Assembly (NCBI GenBank): GCA_030059665.1
Contig: JANVYR010000002.1
Coordinates: forward strand, 448,001-512,000
Origin: Candidatus Calditenuis fumarioli
GTDB lineage: Archaea > Thermoproteota > Nitrososphaeria_A > Caldarchaeales > Calditenuaceae
DNA: 64,000 nt
Direction: 5' to 3'
Position numbers and translations under genes: made by a program. A model generated the notes under the pieces. It was not told the DNA's origin. It ran no database searches and was given only the letters and a program-made list of their open reading frames with translations. Shown piece by piece: positions 26,917 to 36,701 of this stretch (the first letter of the stretch is position 1; the number at the start of each line of letters is the position of its first letter).

Positions 26917-27810
26917 TTACTTCGTTAGTTCTAGTTGGCGTATAACATTTCGGGATGGGACTCCATCTATCAATTTTCTATTCAGCATCCAGCTTGCAGC
27001 ACTATATAGTTCTTCATATGTATAAGGTTCCCATAAATTCCATTTATCAATAAGATTAACATCACTAAGGTCTGGAAGGTCAATGCCAATCTCACTCGCA
27101 AGTTGCAGCAAGTACTCCTCACACACCTTGTTATATTTTAATGCCTCCTTATTTATAATTTTAATTGCCTTATTAATCGCGTATATGAGGCTCCGAACTA
27201 CCCCATCGCTCAACCTATTAGACACAATCAGTACTGTTGGTCTCGTCCTACGGAGTTTGACTAGCTCGATCATTCCGTATAGTTTGGCTATTCTGTTCCA
27301 CGGTCCGAGGAGGACGGCTGCATCTACGGTCCCTTTAATTAACGCCTGAAATCTCTTATGAGGTTCAGAAATGTTGACGAGCTTCAATTCCCGCTCCGTT
27401 ACAAATGGTTCTAAGGCTTCCAGCAAATTGTATTTAGAACCGGTACCTTCCTCTACAGCGACAGCTTTGTACTTAAGGTCCGTAAGCGTTCTGATGTCAG
27501 AACCTTTCCTTGCGAACAATGTGAAGCTCGAGTTCAACGTCTCATCGCCTGGCGGAGATTTTGCTACCGCTTTCCCGTCCTCAGATATCAACAACCTAGC
27601 AACTGCAACCCACTCACCACAATGGTAGAAGTCTGTAATACCATCAGCCATCGCCCTGACGTAAGCCGAGGTTTTGTCGGGATATTTCGGCAGTCTGTTC
27701 CATTCTATTAACAACCCTTGCTCTCTGAAGAAACCCTCTCTGTCCGCGATCAGCTCGGGCAGATACCAGTGAAATGCCGCCGGATTGACCGCATACCTTA
27801 CCGTTGTCAT
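26917..27810 (-). CDS. SsuA/NMT1/THI5-like solute-binding protein without signal peptide
   Basis: IADREGFFREQGL, IRTLTDLKYKAVAV and GTVDAAVL motifs; no hydrophobic N-terminus. Confidence 0.75.
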   Translation of the reverse strand: MTTVRYAVNPAAFHWYLPELIADREGFFREQGLLIEWNRLPKYPDKTSAYVRAMADGITDFYHCGEWVAVARLLISEDGKAVAKSPPGDETLNSSFTLFARKGSDIRTLTDLKYKAVAVEEGTGSKYNLLEALEPFVTERELKLVNISEPHKRFQALIKGTVDAAVLLGPWNRIAKLYGMIELVKLRRTRPTVLIVSNRLSDGVVRSLIYAINKAIKIINKEALKYNKVCEEYLLQLASEIGIDLPDLSDVNLIDKWNLWEPYTYEELYSAASWMLNRKLIDGVPSRNVIRQLELTK

Positions 27811-27961
27811 CCCATCTGTTATGTATGAACAGTTATAAAAGGAATTTTTAGGGTAGGTGTCGGTTAAAATATAGCCAGCTCCTCAGCGCGTAGGATATTG
27901 ATGATGAGCGAGGGATATAAATATCTTCTGGGATAAGATGTCAAATCATTTTCAATCATCG

Positions 27962-28651
27962 TCATTGAGAAGTTACGATATATTTCATGTATATTGCGTC
28001 CAATATCGCCCACTGAACGTCGCAGTTGAATTTTGCCGCCTTTATGCATTTCTTTAACTGCTCGCTGGATAATATCTTCTTCTCAATAGCTCGTGAGACG
28101 ATCTCTATCTCTTCTGTCAGATAACTCATTCGCTGGTAAAAGAACTCTAACCCTTCAGGTTCGATCCACTCGTATTTCTCAGAAAGCGCTTTCAACCTTC
28201 GTGGTAACTCGTCTATTAACATGCTTTCTGCGAGCGTTGCAGACATCGCATACAACCAATTGGTGTGCCTGACAAAGTCGAGATAAGAATTGACCGCCAT
28301 CTTCACCCCAGGTATGATTTTTGATTTCTCTAGGACCTGTCTTGGAATGCCAGCAGCCTTAGCGAACTCAGCCCATCCCTCGACATCGCCGAGATAACCA
28401 CCCAGCCCCTCCCTCTTGGACAACCTGATCAACCAGAGCTTCCTCAGTTCGGGATCAGTGCATTTTGATAATATCATGGCGTCCTTCACAGGAACGCATT
28501 TGAGGAAATAGTAGCGGTTTACTATCCATCCCCTTAGCTGATGAGGTGTCAATTTCCCAGAATAAAGTAACTTCATGAATGGGTGATGCCAGATATACTT
28601 AGCCTTTAAGGCCTCCCTGACCCTTTCGGCTAGGTTCAATGAACCCGACAC
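27962..28651 (-). CDS. PqqC-like protein (TenA/PqqC fold) with altered active site
   Basis: HHPF, QLRGWIVNRYY, PVKDAMILSKC, PGVKMAVNSYLDF, YEWIEPEG and WAILDAI follow PqqC along its full length. Confidence 0.85.
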   Translation of the reverse strand: MSGSLNLAERVREALKAKYIWHHPFMKLLYSGKLTPHQLRGWIVNRYYFLKCVPVKDAMILSKCTDPELRKLWLIRLSKREGLGGYLGDVEGWAEFAKAAGIPRQVLEKSKIIPGVKMAVNSYLDFVRHTNWLYAMSATLAESMLIDELPRRLKALSEKYEWIEPEGLEFFYQRMSYLTEEIEIVSRAIEKKILSSEQLKKCIKAAKFNCDVQWAILDAIYMKYIVTSQ

Positions 28652-28726
28652 GGCGGTTATCCCACATCATATAATAAAAGCCTTACTAAACCCGTCTGAA
28701 GACATAGACTACTGCCCCAATTGAAC

Positions 28727-29959
28727 TCACGGGGTATTGCTGCCCAGCTCAAGCATTATCGTCCACTCTGCCAAGGTGGGCATATCGTCCTCGTCAACGA
28801 TCCCCGTGTCCTTCAGGTAATCGAGGAAGCACATGGCCAGCGCCTTCCCGAACGGCCTGAGCTTTCCGTACTTCGAGAGCATTCCGAGACCCACAAGCTT
28901 CTCCAGCGTCTCGGCTCTGAGCCACTCTGGCGTCTTCAGCCCTAGGAAGACGTAGAAGCAAGACAGAACGTCGATGAAAGTCAAGTTCTCCGCGACGATC
29001 CTGCTCACCTTCTCAAGCGCCTGTGGGTTCTCCCTCATCCGTTGACTTATCTTGGAGAGCTTCCTTGGAAACTTAAGGACGACGTAGTTCATGAGGTTGT
29101 GGATCCTGTACTTCCACGTCTGAGCCTTCGATTCCGGAATCCTGCAGCCGCTCTCCGCTATTCTGTGGAGGAGGTCCCGGAAGGATCTGCCTAACGGAGT
29201 TAGGGAGACGCTGTCACCGTTAACCTTGATCATGCCGAACGTCCAGGCGTCGTGAAGGGCCCTCGATGCGTTTCTCTCGTCAAGCCCCATCGCTTTCAGG
29301 ACCGCATCGCACATCGCCCTTTCATACTTGGGTTCAACGACGAAGAGCAGGTACGCAGCGAGCTCGGGGTAGACGCTCGAGAGCAGCATTTTGAAGACGA
29401 GGGAACTCGTGCGGGCTGCACCGAGCCTGCTACCGTCCAGGACCCTTAGGGCGTTTACGAGCTGGGTGACCTTCTTCTTCTCCCTGGTCCTCTCCAGCCT
29501 CTCTGCACGAACCAGAAGCCCACCGAGTTGTTCCTTTAAGGCCGAGACGAGCCTCCCTATCCTCTCGTTCCCTGCAACCTTACGTCTCAGGATCAGTATG
29601 TCCTCGCCGAGGTCCCTGAGCTGAAAGCCGTGAGAGCTGAGGACCTCGGCCGCCATCAGGAAGAACTCGCGTCTGCTCACGAAGCGAGCGGTATCGGTGG
29701 TTCCGCGCGCCACCAGCAGGACGTTCTGTCCCCTCAAGCGGAGCTCCACATTGGTCGTCCATCCGTTCGGATCCATCGGGAACAGCACGGATAGCGAGGG
29801 GAACCTCTCGGCCAGCTGTTTCACCCTCAGCCCCTTGAACTCGTCCCTAAGCAGGACATCGCATCGAACCGTCTGCATTCCCCTCTCCTTTTCGATCAAC
29901 TTCTCCAGCTTCCTCAGCGCCTCTTCGGCCCTCCGAGCGGACCTCCCGGCTTTTCCCAT
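28727..29959 (-). CDS. Hypothetical protein, possibly with two C-terminal winged-helix modules
   Basis: 410-aa ORF; VSLTPLGRSF and KLRPFGKAL resemble wHTH wing ends; divergent from the TnpB-like gene. Confidence 0.6.
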   Translation of the reverse strand: MGKAGRSARRAEEALRKLEKLIEKERGMQTVRCDVLLRDEFKGLRVKQLAERFPSLSVLFPMDPNGWTTNVELRLRGQNVLLVARGTTDTARFVSRREFFLMAAEVLSSHGFQLRDLGEDILILRRKVAGNERIGRLVSALKEQLGGLLVRAERLERTREKKKVTQLVNALRVLDGSRLGAARTSSLVFKMLLSSVYPELAAYLLFVVEPKYERAMCDAVLKAMGLDERNASRALHDAWTFGMIKVNGDSVSLTPLGRSFRDLLHRIAESGCRIPESKAQTWKYRIHNLMNYVVLKFPRKLSKISQRMRENPQALEKVSRIVAENLTFIDVLSCFYVFLGLKTPEWLRAETLEKLVGLGMLSKYGKLRPFGKALAMCFLDYLKDTGIVDEDDMPTLAEWTIMLELGSNTP

Positions 29960-30141
29960 ACCTCAGAACTCGCTCCGGAAATTTTACTTAAGCGAGAGAG
30001 ACGGGCGAAAGTGGAGGCTAAGGTTGTAATGATAGGTTTATATTGAAGATAATGAAAGCGAGGAATGCGGAAAGCGGGGTAGTCGGCCCCGCAAGGTGAC
30101 CTCCTTTGTCCAAGGATAGTTCTGATCATCGAGCCGAATCG

Positions 30142-31059
30142 ATGGGCCCCGGTGCCCCTGGGGTCTCGGGTTCCGGGGCCGATCTGAGGCAGAGGCTTCT
30201 GAGGAAGTACGCGGAGAAGGGTCTGCTGGTGATGACCGTAGTCGACGTCAACGTGGACGACGTGATCGTCGCGCTCTTCGAGGTGAGGCTGCTGCTACAT
30301 CTGATGAGGCGAAGTAGGACGTGGAGGAACACCGGGAAGCTGCTCTTCGTGAGGAGGGTCAACAGGATGTCGATGAGGGTGTACGGAAGGCCAGCGACGT
30401 CATGGCTGAGGTATGCTAAGAACCTGGACAACGACTGGGTCAACAAATCGGTTGCTCTCGTGAAGAGGTTCATGGCGAGGAGCAGCGTGGTCGTGATCGA
30501 GGACCTGGATCCCCAGAGGCTGAGGGAGAAGCTGAGGTCGAAGGATCCCGAGAAGGCATATTTGTTCAGCACGTGGCCCGTCGCTAAGATCCTGAGGAGG
30601 ATCAGAGCTGTAGCGGAGAGGGCCGGTAAGCTACTGGTGGTCCCGCCGAACTACACCAGCTCGATATGCATCAAGTGCCTGACGTTGATGGAGCACGACG
30701 AGGGGAAGTGGAGCAGGCTGAGGTGTCCTAAGTGCGGTTTCAGGGAGGACAGGGATCACGTCGCCGTCTGGAACCTCGCGAAGAGCGCGCTGGTGGTTCT
30801 CGGATTCCACTACCTCGACACGTACCTCGGAAGGAGCATCAAGGCGTATAAGGAGGCCGTCGACGCGCTGACGCCTGCGCTGACGAGAGCCCTCTCCCAA
30901 GGCCCCGAACCAGGGCCTGGGGTTTCGGAGGAGGGAGGGGAGGCGTCCTCCCCAGAACCCTCCCTGAGCTCCAGGCCAGCTCGGGGAGATCTGGGAGAGG
31001 GCGCTAATGAACCTTCCTCCGATGATGACCTCGGTAGCCAGAGGGGCCCGGTCCAGTGA
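30142..31059 (+). CDS. tnpB: IS200/IS605 TnpB-like protein reduced to RuvC plus zinc finger
   Basis: VVDVN (RuvC-I), VIEDL (RuvC-II), CIKC...CPKC, DRDHVAVWNL (RuvC-III); no N-terminal WED/REC region; low-complexity tail. Start uncertain (track 30106). Confidence 0.8.
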   Translation: MGPGAPGVSGSGADLRQRLLRKYAEKGLLVMTVVDVNVDDVIVALFEVRLLLHLMRRSRTWRNTGKLLFVRRVNRMSMRVYGRPATSWLRYAKNLDNDWVNKSVALVKRFMARSSVVVIEDLDPQRLREKLRSKDPEKAYLFSTWPVAKILRRIRAVAERAGKLLVVPPNYTSSICIKCLTLMEHDEGKWSRLRCPKCGFREDRDHVAVWNLAKSALVVLGFHYLDTYLGRSIKAYKEAVDALTPALTRALSQGPEPGPGVSEEGGEASSPEPSLSSRPARGDLGEGANEPSSDDDLGSQRGPVQ

Positions 31060-31130
31060 GAGACCCAACCGGGCCACAGGGACTTACTACCGGGGCTCTG
31101 CGGGAGAGCCTTGGAAGGGCTCGCAGAAAA
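30889..31130 (+). ncRNA. Candidate omegaRNA/sotRNA overlapping the tnpB 3' end
   Basis: 11-bp stem 30889-30899 / 30992-31002 enclosing several GC-rich hairpins; further hairpins around the stop codon. Boundaries approximate. Confidence 0.5.
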
Positions 31131-31323
31131 AGAAGGAGATGGCTGGCGAAGCGGGGCAACCGTCGGTGAAGCGGGATGGCAACAGAAGACGGGAGAAGCG
31201 AACGCAACCTCTCCCCAAAATCTATTTTTTGTTTTCATTCTGGTCGTAGCATGACGCATCTTCGGCACCGAACATAGACGTCGACTTCACATCACGACTG
31301 CGCGGCGCAAAAACCGCAAAGCG

Positions 31324-31398
31324 TGCCCCGGCCGGGATTTGAACCCGGGTCTCCGGCTCGAGAGGCCGGCATACTTGACCGGGCTATACTACCGGGGC
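31324..31398 (-). tRNA. tRNA-Glu(CTC)
   Basis: GCCCCGG/CCGGGGC acceptor stem, CCGGC-CTCTCGA-GCCGG anticodon arm, GGTTCAAATCC T-arm; no encoded CCA. Confidence 0.95.
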
Positions 31399-31613
31399 GT
31401 TTCCTTTCCCGGATCCGGTTCCCCGGATCGCCATCAGATCTCGTCGATCCCCTTCACATAAACGCTTTCCCGCCTTGAACGTCGGATCGGACGCCTCGCT
31501 TTCCCCCTCGCGCACCGATGGCTCTACCGAGGGCTCTATACCGATGGGTATGTCGAAACGCGACAGACGGCCGCAGAGTCTATAAATTATCGGTGGGAGG
31601 TTTGCGAGCAGAA

Positions 31614-31718
31614 GGGGCCGTGGCCTAGCAAGGTATGGCGGCGGGCTCCAGATCCTAGATGCTGGCCGGAGCGGGAGGTCAAACCCGCAGGTCGTGGGTT
31701 CGAGTCCCACCGGCCCCA
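31614..31718 (+). tRNA. tRNA-Trp(CCA) with 31-nt intron (31652-31682, position 37/38)
   Basis: GGGGCCG/CGGCCCC acceptor stem, GCGGG-CTCCAG...A-CCCGC, GGTTCGAGTCC T-arm; TATAAATT at 31581. Confidence 0.9.
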
Positions 31719-31851
31719 CACGTTCCTGAAACGCGTTCGATCTGCGTACTTCAAGCTCGATTGTGGTATGAGAATGGATTGCAGAATAACCCGTGAGATA
31801 TGAAACGGTCAGCTTAACAGGGACCACCACGGATTCACGTCCGTTCTCTTC

Positions 31852-32952
31852 TCAGGACTTCCTCCAGAAGACGGGAACGAACCTCTTGGACCTTCCGTAA
31901 TCGGGTGGCGGGGAACCGACGATCGCGATCTTGTAGCCGCAGCTGGGGCACCTGTTGTCCTTCGTCAGCCTCCAGTCCACGATGTCGAATCCGTAGCGCT
32001 CGACGACCATCTCTCCGCATCCCGGGCAGTACGTGCTCTCGTAGGGGTGCCCAGGGACGTTCCCGATGTAGACGTAGTTCATCCCCTCCTCCTTTGCCAC
32101 CCTCCAGTGCCTCTCGAGCGTCTCGACCGGTGTCCAGGGCAGGTTCATCATCTTGTAATCCGGATGGAACCTGAGGAAGTGTATCGGTGTGTCGGGGCCG
32201 AGGTTGTCATGCACCCACCTGACGAGCCTCCTCGCGGCCTCGAGGTCATCGCCCACCTCCGGCACCACGAGGTCCGTTATCTCGACGTGGATCGTCGTCC
32301 TCTCCTTGATCTCCAGCAGGGTCTGGAATATCGGCTCGGGGTCTGGTATGCCGACGTACCTCCGGAGGAAGTTGACCTCAGCGTTACCCTTGAAGTCGAC
32401 GGTGGCCGCGTCGAGGAACTCGGAGGCCATACTGACTGACTCGGGAGTCCAGTAGCCGTTGGTGACGAAGACGTTGATCAGCCCTCTCCTCCTCGCGATC
32501 ACGCCGACGTCGTGGGCGAACTCCATGAAGATCGTCGGCTCGTTGTAGGTGTAGGCTATCCCGTGGGAACCGTACCTGATAGCGGTCTCGACTATCTCCT
32601 CGGGCGTCACCTCAATCCCCTCGACCTTCCTCCGCTGGCTGATGTCGAAGTTCTGGCAGTAGGCGCAGAGCCAGTTGCACCCGGTCGTTGCGATGCTGAA
32701 GATCTTCGCGCCCGGCATGAAGTGCGTGACCGGCTTCTTCTCGATCGGGTCGACGTGGCTCGCGATCACGCGGCCGTAGACGAAGAGGTAGAGCGTGCCG
32801 TTGACTACGCCCCTGATGCCGCAGAGTCCCACCTGGCCCTCGCCGATCTGGCAGTACCTCGCGCAGGCGGTGCACTTGACCCTGCCGCCCTTCGCCGGCG
32901 TCCAGAGCCGGGCCGGAGCCCCCGGTACCTCCCTCTGCTCCGTCCAGGCCAT
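31852..32952 (-). CDS. AmmeMemoRadiSam-type radical SAM enzyme
   Basis: [27 protein letters not shown] (CxxxCxxC), YTYNEP and RFHPDY motifs. Confidence 0.92.
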   Translation of the reverse strand: MAWTEQREVPGAPARLWTPAKGGRVKCTACARYCQIGEGQVGLCGIRGVVNGTLYLFVYGRVIASHVDPIEKKPVTHFMPGAKIFSIATTGCNWLCAYCQNFDISQRRKVEGIEVTPEEIVETAIRYGSHGIAYTYNEPTIFMEFAHDVGVIARRRGLINVFVTNGYWTPESVSMASEFLDAATVDFKGNAEVNFLRRYVGIPDPEPIFQTLLEIKERTTIHVEITDLVVPEVGDDLEAARRLVRWVHDNLGPDTPIHFLRFHPDYKMMNLPWTPVETLERHWRVAKEEGMNYVYIGNVPGHPYESTYCPGCGEMVVERYGFDIVDWRLTKDNRCPSCGYKIAIVGSPPPDYGRSKRFVPVFWRKS

Positions 32953-33096
32953 CCTCTATAACTGAGGAGTTCCTCCGAGGACATAAGGAATAACCCACAG
33001 TGCGCCGCGCGGTGCCGAGGAGCCCCACCCGCATCGAAGCGGACCCCATCTTTCAGGAACACGTTATAACGGGGCAGGCTTAGAGGACGGCGGAGG

Positions 33097-34356
33097 ATGA
33101 GCAGGTTCAGGGAGAACGTCGAGCTGAGGTTCCCGCTGATCATCATCAGGACCAGGAGGGCCGCGGCGCTCTTCGAGGCTCTGGGCAGGAGCAGGCTCGC
33201 GGGGGCCTTCGGGCTGGGCTCGGCGATAGCGCTCCCGGTGCTGGCCGGCATAGCCACCTTCTTCCTGCTGACGTCGCTGACGCTGATCCTGACGCGGCCT
33301 GAGGTCCAGCAAGCCCAGAGGGAGCTGGGGCCTGCGTCGTACGTGCTCCTTCCCGGAGTCAACCCGTACCTTCCGCTGCTCTACGGCTGGATCGGGATCG
33401 TGGTGGCTCTGGTGGTCCACGAGGGAGCCCACGGTGTCCTCGCGAGGAGGTACAACTACACCGTCAAGTCGAGCGGCATCGTGCTCTTCCTCGGCATCCC
33501 GATAGGGGCCTTCGTCGAGACAGACGAGAGCGAGATCAGGTCCGGAAGGTTCTCGGAGGTGGTGAAGATCCTCTCGTCGGGACCTGCGAGCAACGCCGCG
33601 GTCGCGGCCTTGGCGCTGATCGGGGTGCTGGTCATAAGCGCGGGGCTGGTGCCGTCGATCCCGATCGTCGTGGAGAGGGTGATGGAGGGATTCCCTGCGG
33701 CCTCGGCGGGCATCGAGCCGGGCGACAGGATAGTCTCCGTGAACGGAAACCCGGTCCTCTCGCTTCAGGACCTGAGGAGGGCCTTCGCCGCGGCTGGGGT
33801 GGGCACCGCGGTCAGGGTCGGCGTCGAGAGGGCAGGTAAGCTCCTGGAGTTCGACCTGAGGCTCGCGGACATCGGCAACGGCACCCCCGGAATTGGGGTC
33901 GCGATCAGGGACGCTGACCTGCTCGCCTACTCCTCAACCGTCCTCGAGCGCTTCAGGTCCGTCGCCACCTCGAACCCCGTCGTCCTGCTTGTTCCGCCGA
34001 CGCTGGACGTCTTCACGTACCCCTTCTCCGAGCGGCAGATATGCGTGGTTAGGGAAAAGGGCGAGGACTGCAGGACCATCAGCTCCCTCTTCACGCACCC
34101 GGTCCTCGGAGGATCGTTCGTGGCCGTCTCGGCATTGCTGTACTGGATCTGGTTCGTGAACATCAACGTCGCGATCTTCAACGCCCTCCCGATCTACCCG
34201 CTCGACGGAGGGCAGGCGCTGAGGAAGCTCCTGACGTTTCTGGTGAAGGGAGCGGAGGGGCAGAGGATAGCGTCCGCGATCACGACGGGCGTCACCATTT
34301 TCTTCGTCTCGGTCATCATCTCGATAATCCTCCTGCCGTACCTGAGCCTGAGATGA
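33097..34356 (+). CDS. Site-2 protease (M50) with PDZ domain
   Basis: HEGAH, PDZ-like GIEPGDRIVSVNG, NALPIYPLDGG. Confidence 0.93.
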   Translation: MSRFRENVELRFPLIIIRTRRAAALFEALGRSRLAGAFGLGSAIALPVLAGIATFFLLTSLTLILTRPEVQQAQRELGPASYVLLPGVNPYLPLLYGWIGIVVALVVHEGAHGVLARRYNYTVKSSGIVLFLGIPIGAFVETDESEIRSGRFSEVVKILSSGPASNAAVAALALIGVLVISAGLVPSIPIVVERVMEGFPAASAGIEPGDRIVSVNGNPVLSLQDLRRAFAAAGVGTAVRVGVERAGKLLEFDLRLADIGNGTPGIGVAIRDADLLAYSSTVLERFRSVATSNPVVLLVPPTLDVFTYPFSERQICVVREKGEDCRTISSLFTHPVLGGSFVAVSALLYWIWFVNINVAIFNALPIYPLDGGQALRKLLTFLVKGAEGQRIASAITTGVTIFFVSVIISIILLPYLSLR

Positions 34357-35093
34357 TCCGGGGCCCGAGGGGCCTTCTGGTCATCAGGGCCACGAACCTG
34401 AGGGGAGCGAGGGAAGCTGCGTTCAGGGTTTCCCTTCACGGACCGCAGGTGATCCTCCTGGACCTGCCGGAACCGGCCGAGGGCCCGGTGAACGAGTTCC
34501 TCAGGCACGGTGATCCAGAGATCCTCCTCCACCACCCATCGGAGCTCGTCAGGATCTCGATCAGGGCACACCTCAGGTTCCTCGAGGAACTGCACAATCT
34601 CGGTTACCGGGGAGAGGTGAGGTGCGTGGCTGACGAGGGCGAGGCCCTCCAGGAGCTCGAGCTGGGCTCGGAGGCCTCCCGGCTGACCCTGAGGTACCTG
34701 CTCACGGGAAGGGTGGACGTTGAGATGTGGAGGGGATTGCTCAGAAACGCGCTCCGGGGGGAGAGCTGGAAACCCGCGGTGAACCTCCTCTACGCGTTGG
34801 AAGAGGTCGGTGAGTCTTGGGCTGCGGTCCTCGACATTAGGAGGCTGCGCGCGGTCAGGCCCATCTCCACGTCGGGTCTGGTTGACTTGGTCCTCTGCGG
34901 CCTACCGTTCTGCAGATCGCCCCTCGAGGAGATGCTGAGGCTGGAGCGGATCGGGAGGCTCACGGACGAGAGGTTGAGGGCACTGGTGGCCGAGCAGGCG
35001 GAGTTCGTCCGGGTGGTTCAGACCTCACCCGACCTGGAGACCGCATACGAGCGATGGACCAACCGTTGCCTGGGAGCTTGGGCATGTGGATAA
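34353..35093 (+). CDS. Hypothetical protein
   Basis: ATGA overlap with the protease gene; host-like codon usage. Confidence 0.65.
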   Translation: MIRGPRGLLVIRATNLRGAREAAFRVSLHGPQVILLDLPEPAEGPVNEFLRHGDPEILLHHPSELVRISIRAHLRFLEELHNLGYRGEVRCVADEGEALQELELGSEASRLTLRYLLTGRVDVEMWRGLLRNALRGESWKPAVNLLYALEEVGESWAAVLDIRRLRAVRPISTSGLVDLVLCGLPFCRSPLEEMLRLERIGRLTDERLRALVAEQAEFVRVVQTSPDLETAYERWTNRCLGAWACG

Positions 35094-35096
35094 GGG

Positions 35097-35321
35097 TCAC
35101 TTGTCTATGCCGAGGTTCCTCCTGAGCCTCTTCAGGCGCTCGAGGTGCTGCGCCACGAGCTCCTCCCGGTCCTCGGGCACAGGATAGCCGTGTCTCTTCA
35201 GGACCTCCAGCTTGACCTCGACCCACTCCCTCGCCAGCTCCTCCATCTCGCGCTCGCTGAGCTCCGGTTCAAGCACCCTCGACGATATCCTCCTGAACCT
35301 CTCCTCCGGATCGCCGCTCAA
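35097..35321 (-). CDS. Small helical hypothetical protein
   Basis: Start overlaps the aspS stop codon; charged, helical sequence. Confidence 0.6.
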   Translation of the reverse strand: MSGDPEERFRRISSRVLEPELSEREMEELAREWVEVKLEVLKRHGYPVPEDREELVAQHLERLKRLRRNLGIDK

Positions 35322-36634
35322 GGGAGGAACCTCTCCGGCGTCCGGGGGAAGAGCACGGCCTCCCTGATGTTCTCGAGCTTGAGCAGGGCCATCGTGAGCC
35401 GCTCGATCCCGATGTTGAAGCCGCCGTGCGGAGGAGCTCCGTACCTGAAGAACTCGGTGAACCAGCTGACGCTCTCCAGACTCATCCCCTTCAGCCTCAC
35501 CTGCTCGACGATCTTCTCGTAGCGGTGCTCCCTCTGGCCTCCCGAGCTCAGCTCAAGTCCCCTGTAGATCAGGTCCACGCTCCTGGCCCAGAACGGGTCC
35601 TCGTCGACCCGCATCACGTAGAAGGGCTTGACGTTGAAGGGGAACCTGTTGATGAAGAAGGCCTCGGCTCCGTACTTCTCCCTCACGTAGTCCGCGAGCA
35701 TCCTCTCAGCCTGCCGGTCCAGGTCCTCGCCGTAGGGGATCTCCTTGCCCATCTCCGAGAGGATCCTGTAGACCTCGGGGAACCTGACCTCGGGGAAGGG
35801 CCTCTTCGGGACCTCGACCTCGGCCCCGAGCAGCTCCAGGTCCCTCGAGTTCTCCTCAAGGACCCTCTTGATCCCGGCCACCAACAACTCCTCTTCCAGC
35901 GCCATGACGTCCCTCTCGTCGGAGATGTACGAGAACTCGACCGCGCATCCCCTGTGCTCGCAGAGGTGCCTCGGCGTGTGGCTCGGCTCCGCCCTCCAGC
36001 TCGGCCCGAGGTCGTAGATCCGCTCGAAGCCCGCGACCATCAGGAGCTGCCGGTGGAGCTGCGGGTCCTGGCGGAGGTAGGCCTTCCTGCCGAAGTAGTC
36101 GATCTCGAACATCTCGGCTCCGCTCTCCGACGGCGCTCCGATTATGCACGGAGTGAAGACCTGGACGAACCCCTTCGAGTCGAGGTACTCGACCATCCCC
36201 TTCACCAGCGAGTGCTGTATCCTGAAGATGGCCTGGTTCCTCGGTGACCTCAGGTCGATCGGCCGGTAGTCGAGCCTCGTGTCGAGCTGGGTCTGGACGG
36301 TTCCGGTCACGTCGATCGGCAACCTCTCCGCCCTCGAGAGGACCTCTATCGATCTCGGGATCAGCTCCATCCCTACCCTCGCGGCCCTTTTCTCCGGCAC
36401 CCTCCCCGTCGCGGCGATGACGTCGTGAGTGTTAAGCGACTTGGCCAGCTCGATCAGGGATTCGTCGACCTGACCCGCCTTCAGGGTCAGCTGGGCGACG
36501 CCCGTCCTGTCCCTGACCCAGACGAAGACGAGCCTGCCCACCTCCTTGACGGTCTCGACGAAGCCCGCAATCCTCACCTCGGCCCCCGGCTCATCGGGTA
36601 TCTCCGCGATCTGGTGGGTCCTGAGCAACCCCAT
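35318..36634 (-). CDS. aspS: Aspartyl-tRNA synthetase (archaeal type)
   Basis: OB-fold N-terminus, YRPIDLR, WRAEPS...RHLCE, ELSSGGQR and PPHGGFNIGIERL motifs. Confidence 0.96.
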   Translation of the reverse strand: MGLLRTHQIAEIPDEPGAEVRIAGFVETVKEVGRLVFVWVRDRTGVAQLTLKAGQVDESLIELAKSLNTHDVIAATGRVPEKRAARVGMELIPRSIEVLSRAERLPIDVTGTVQTQLDTRLDYRPIDLRSPRNQAIFRIQHSLVKGMVEYLDSKGFVQVFTPCIIGAPSESGAEMFEIDYFGRKAYLRQDPQLHRQLLMVAGFERIYDLGPSWRAEPSHTPRHLCEHRGCAVEFSYISDERDVMALEEELLVAGIKRVLEENSRDLELLGAEVEVPKRPFPEVRFPEVYRILSEMGKEIPYGEDLDRQAERMLADYVREKYGAEAFFINRFPFNVKPFYVMRVDEDPFWARSVDLIYRGLELSSGGQREHRYEKIVEQVRLKGMSLESVSWFTEFFRYGAPPHGGFNIGIERLTMALLKLENIREAVLFPRTPERFLP

Positions 36635-36701
36635 CCACCTTTCTCCAAGTGACGAGCCTCACAGGAAAAAGTTTGAGCGACCGGGACTCCTCCGGGGACC
36701 G

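Noticed and set aside
31646-31683. Alternative splice giving a TCA (Sec/opal) anticodon
   Set aside because: No BHB geometry supports it and the body is a standard tRNA-Trp without a long variable arm.
31852-32952. Radical SAM enzyme as PqqE
   Set aside because: Motifs match the AmmeMemoRadiSam family, there is no SPASM domain, and it lies in host-GC sequence beyond the tRNAs.
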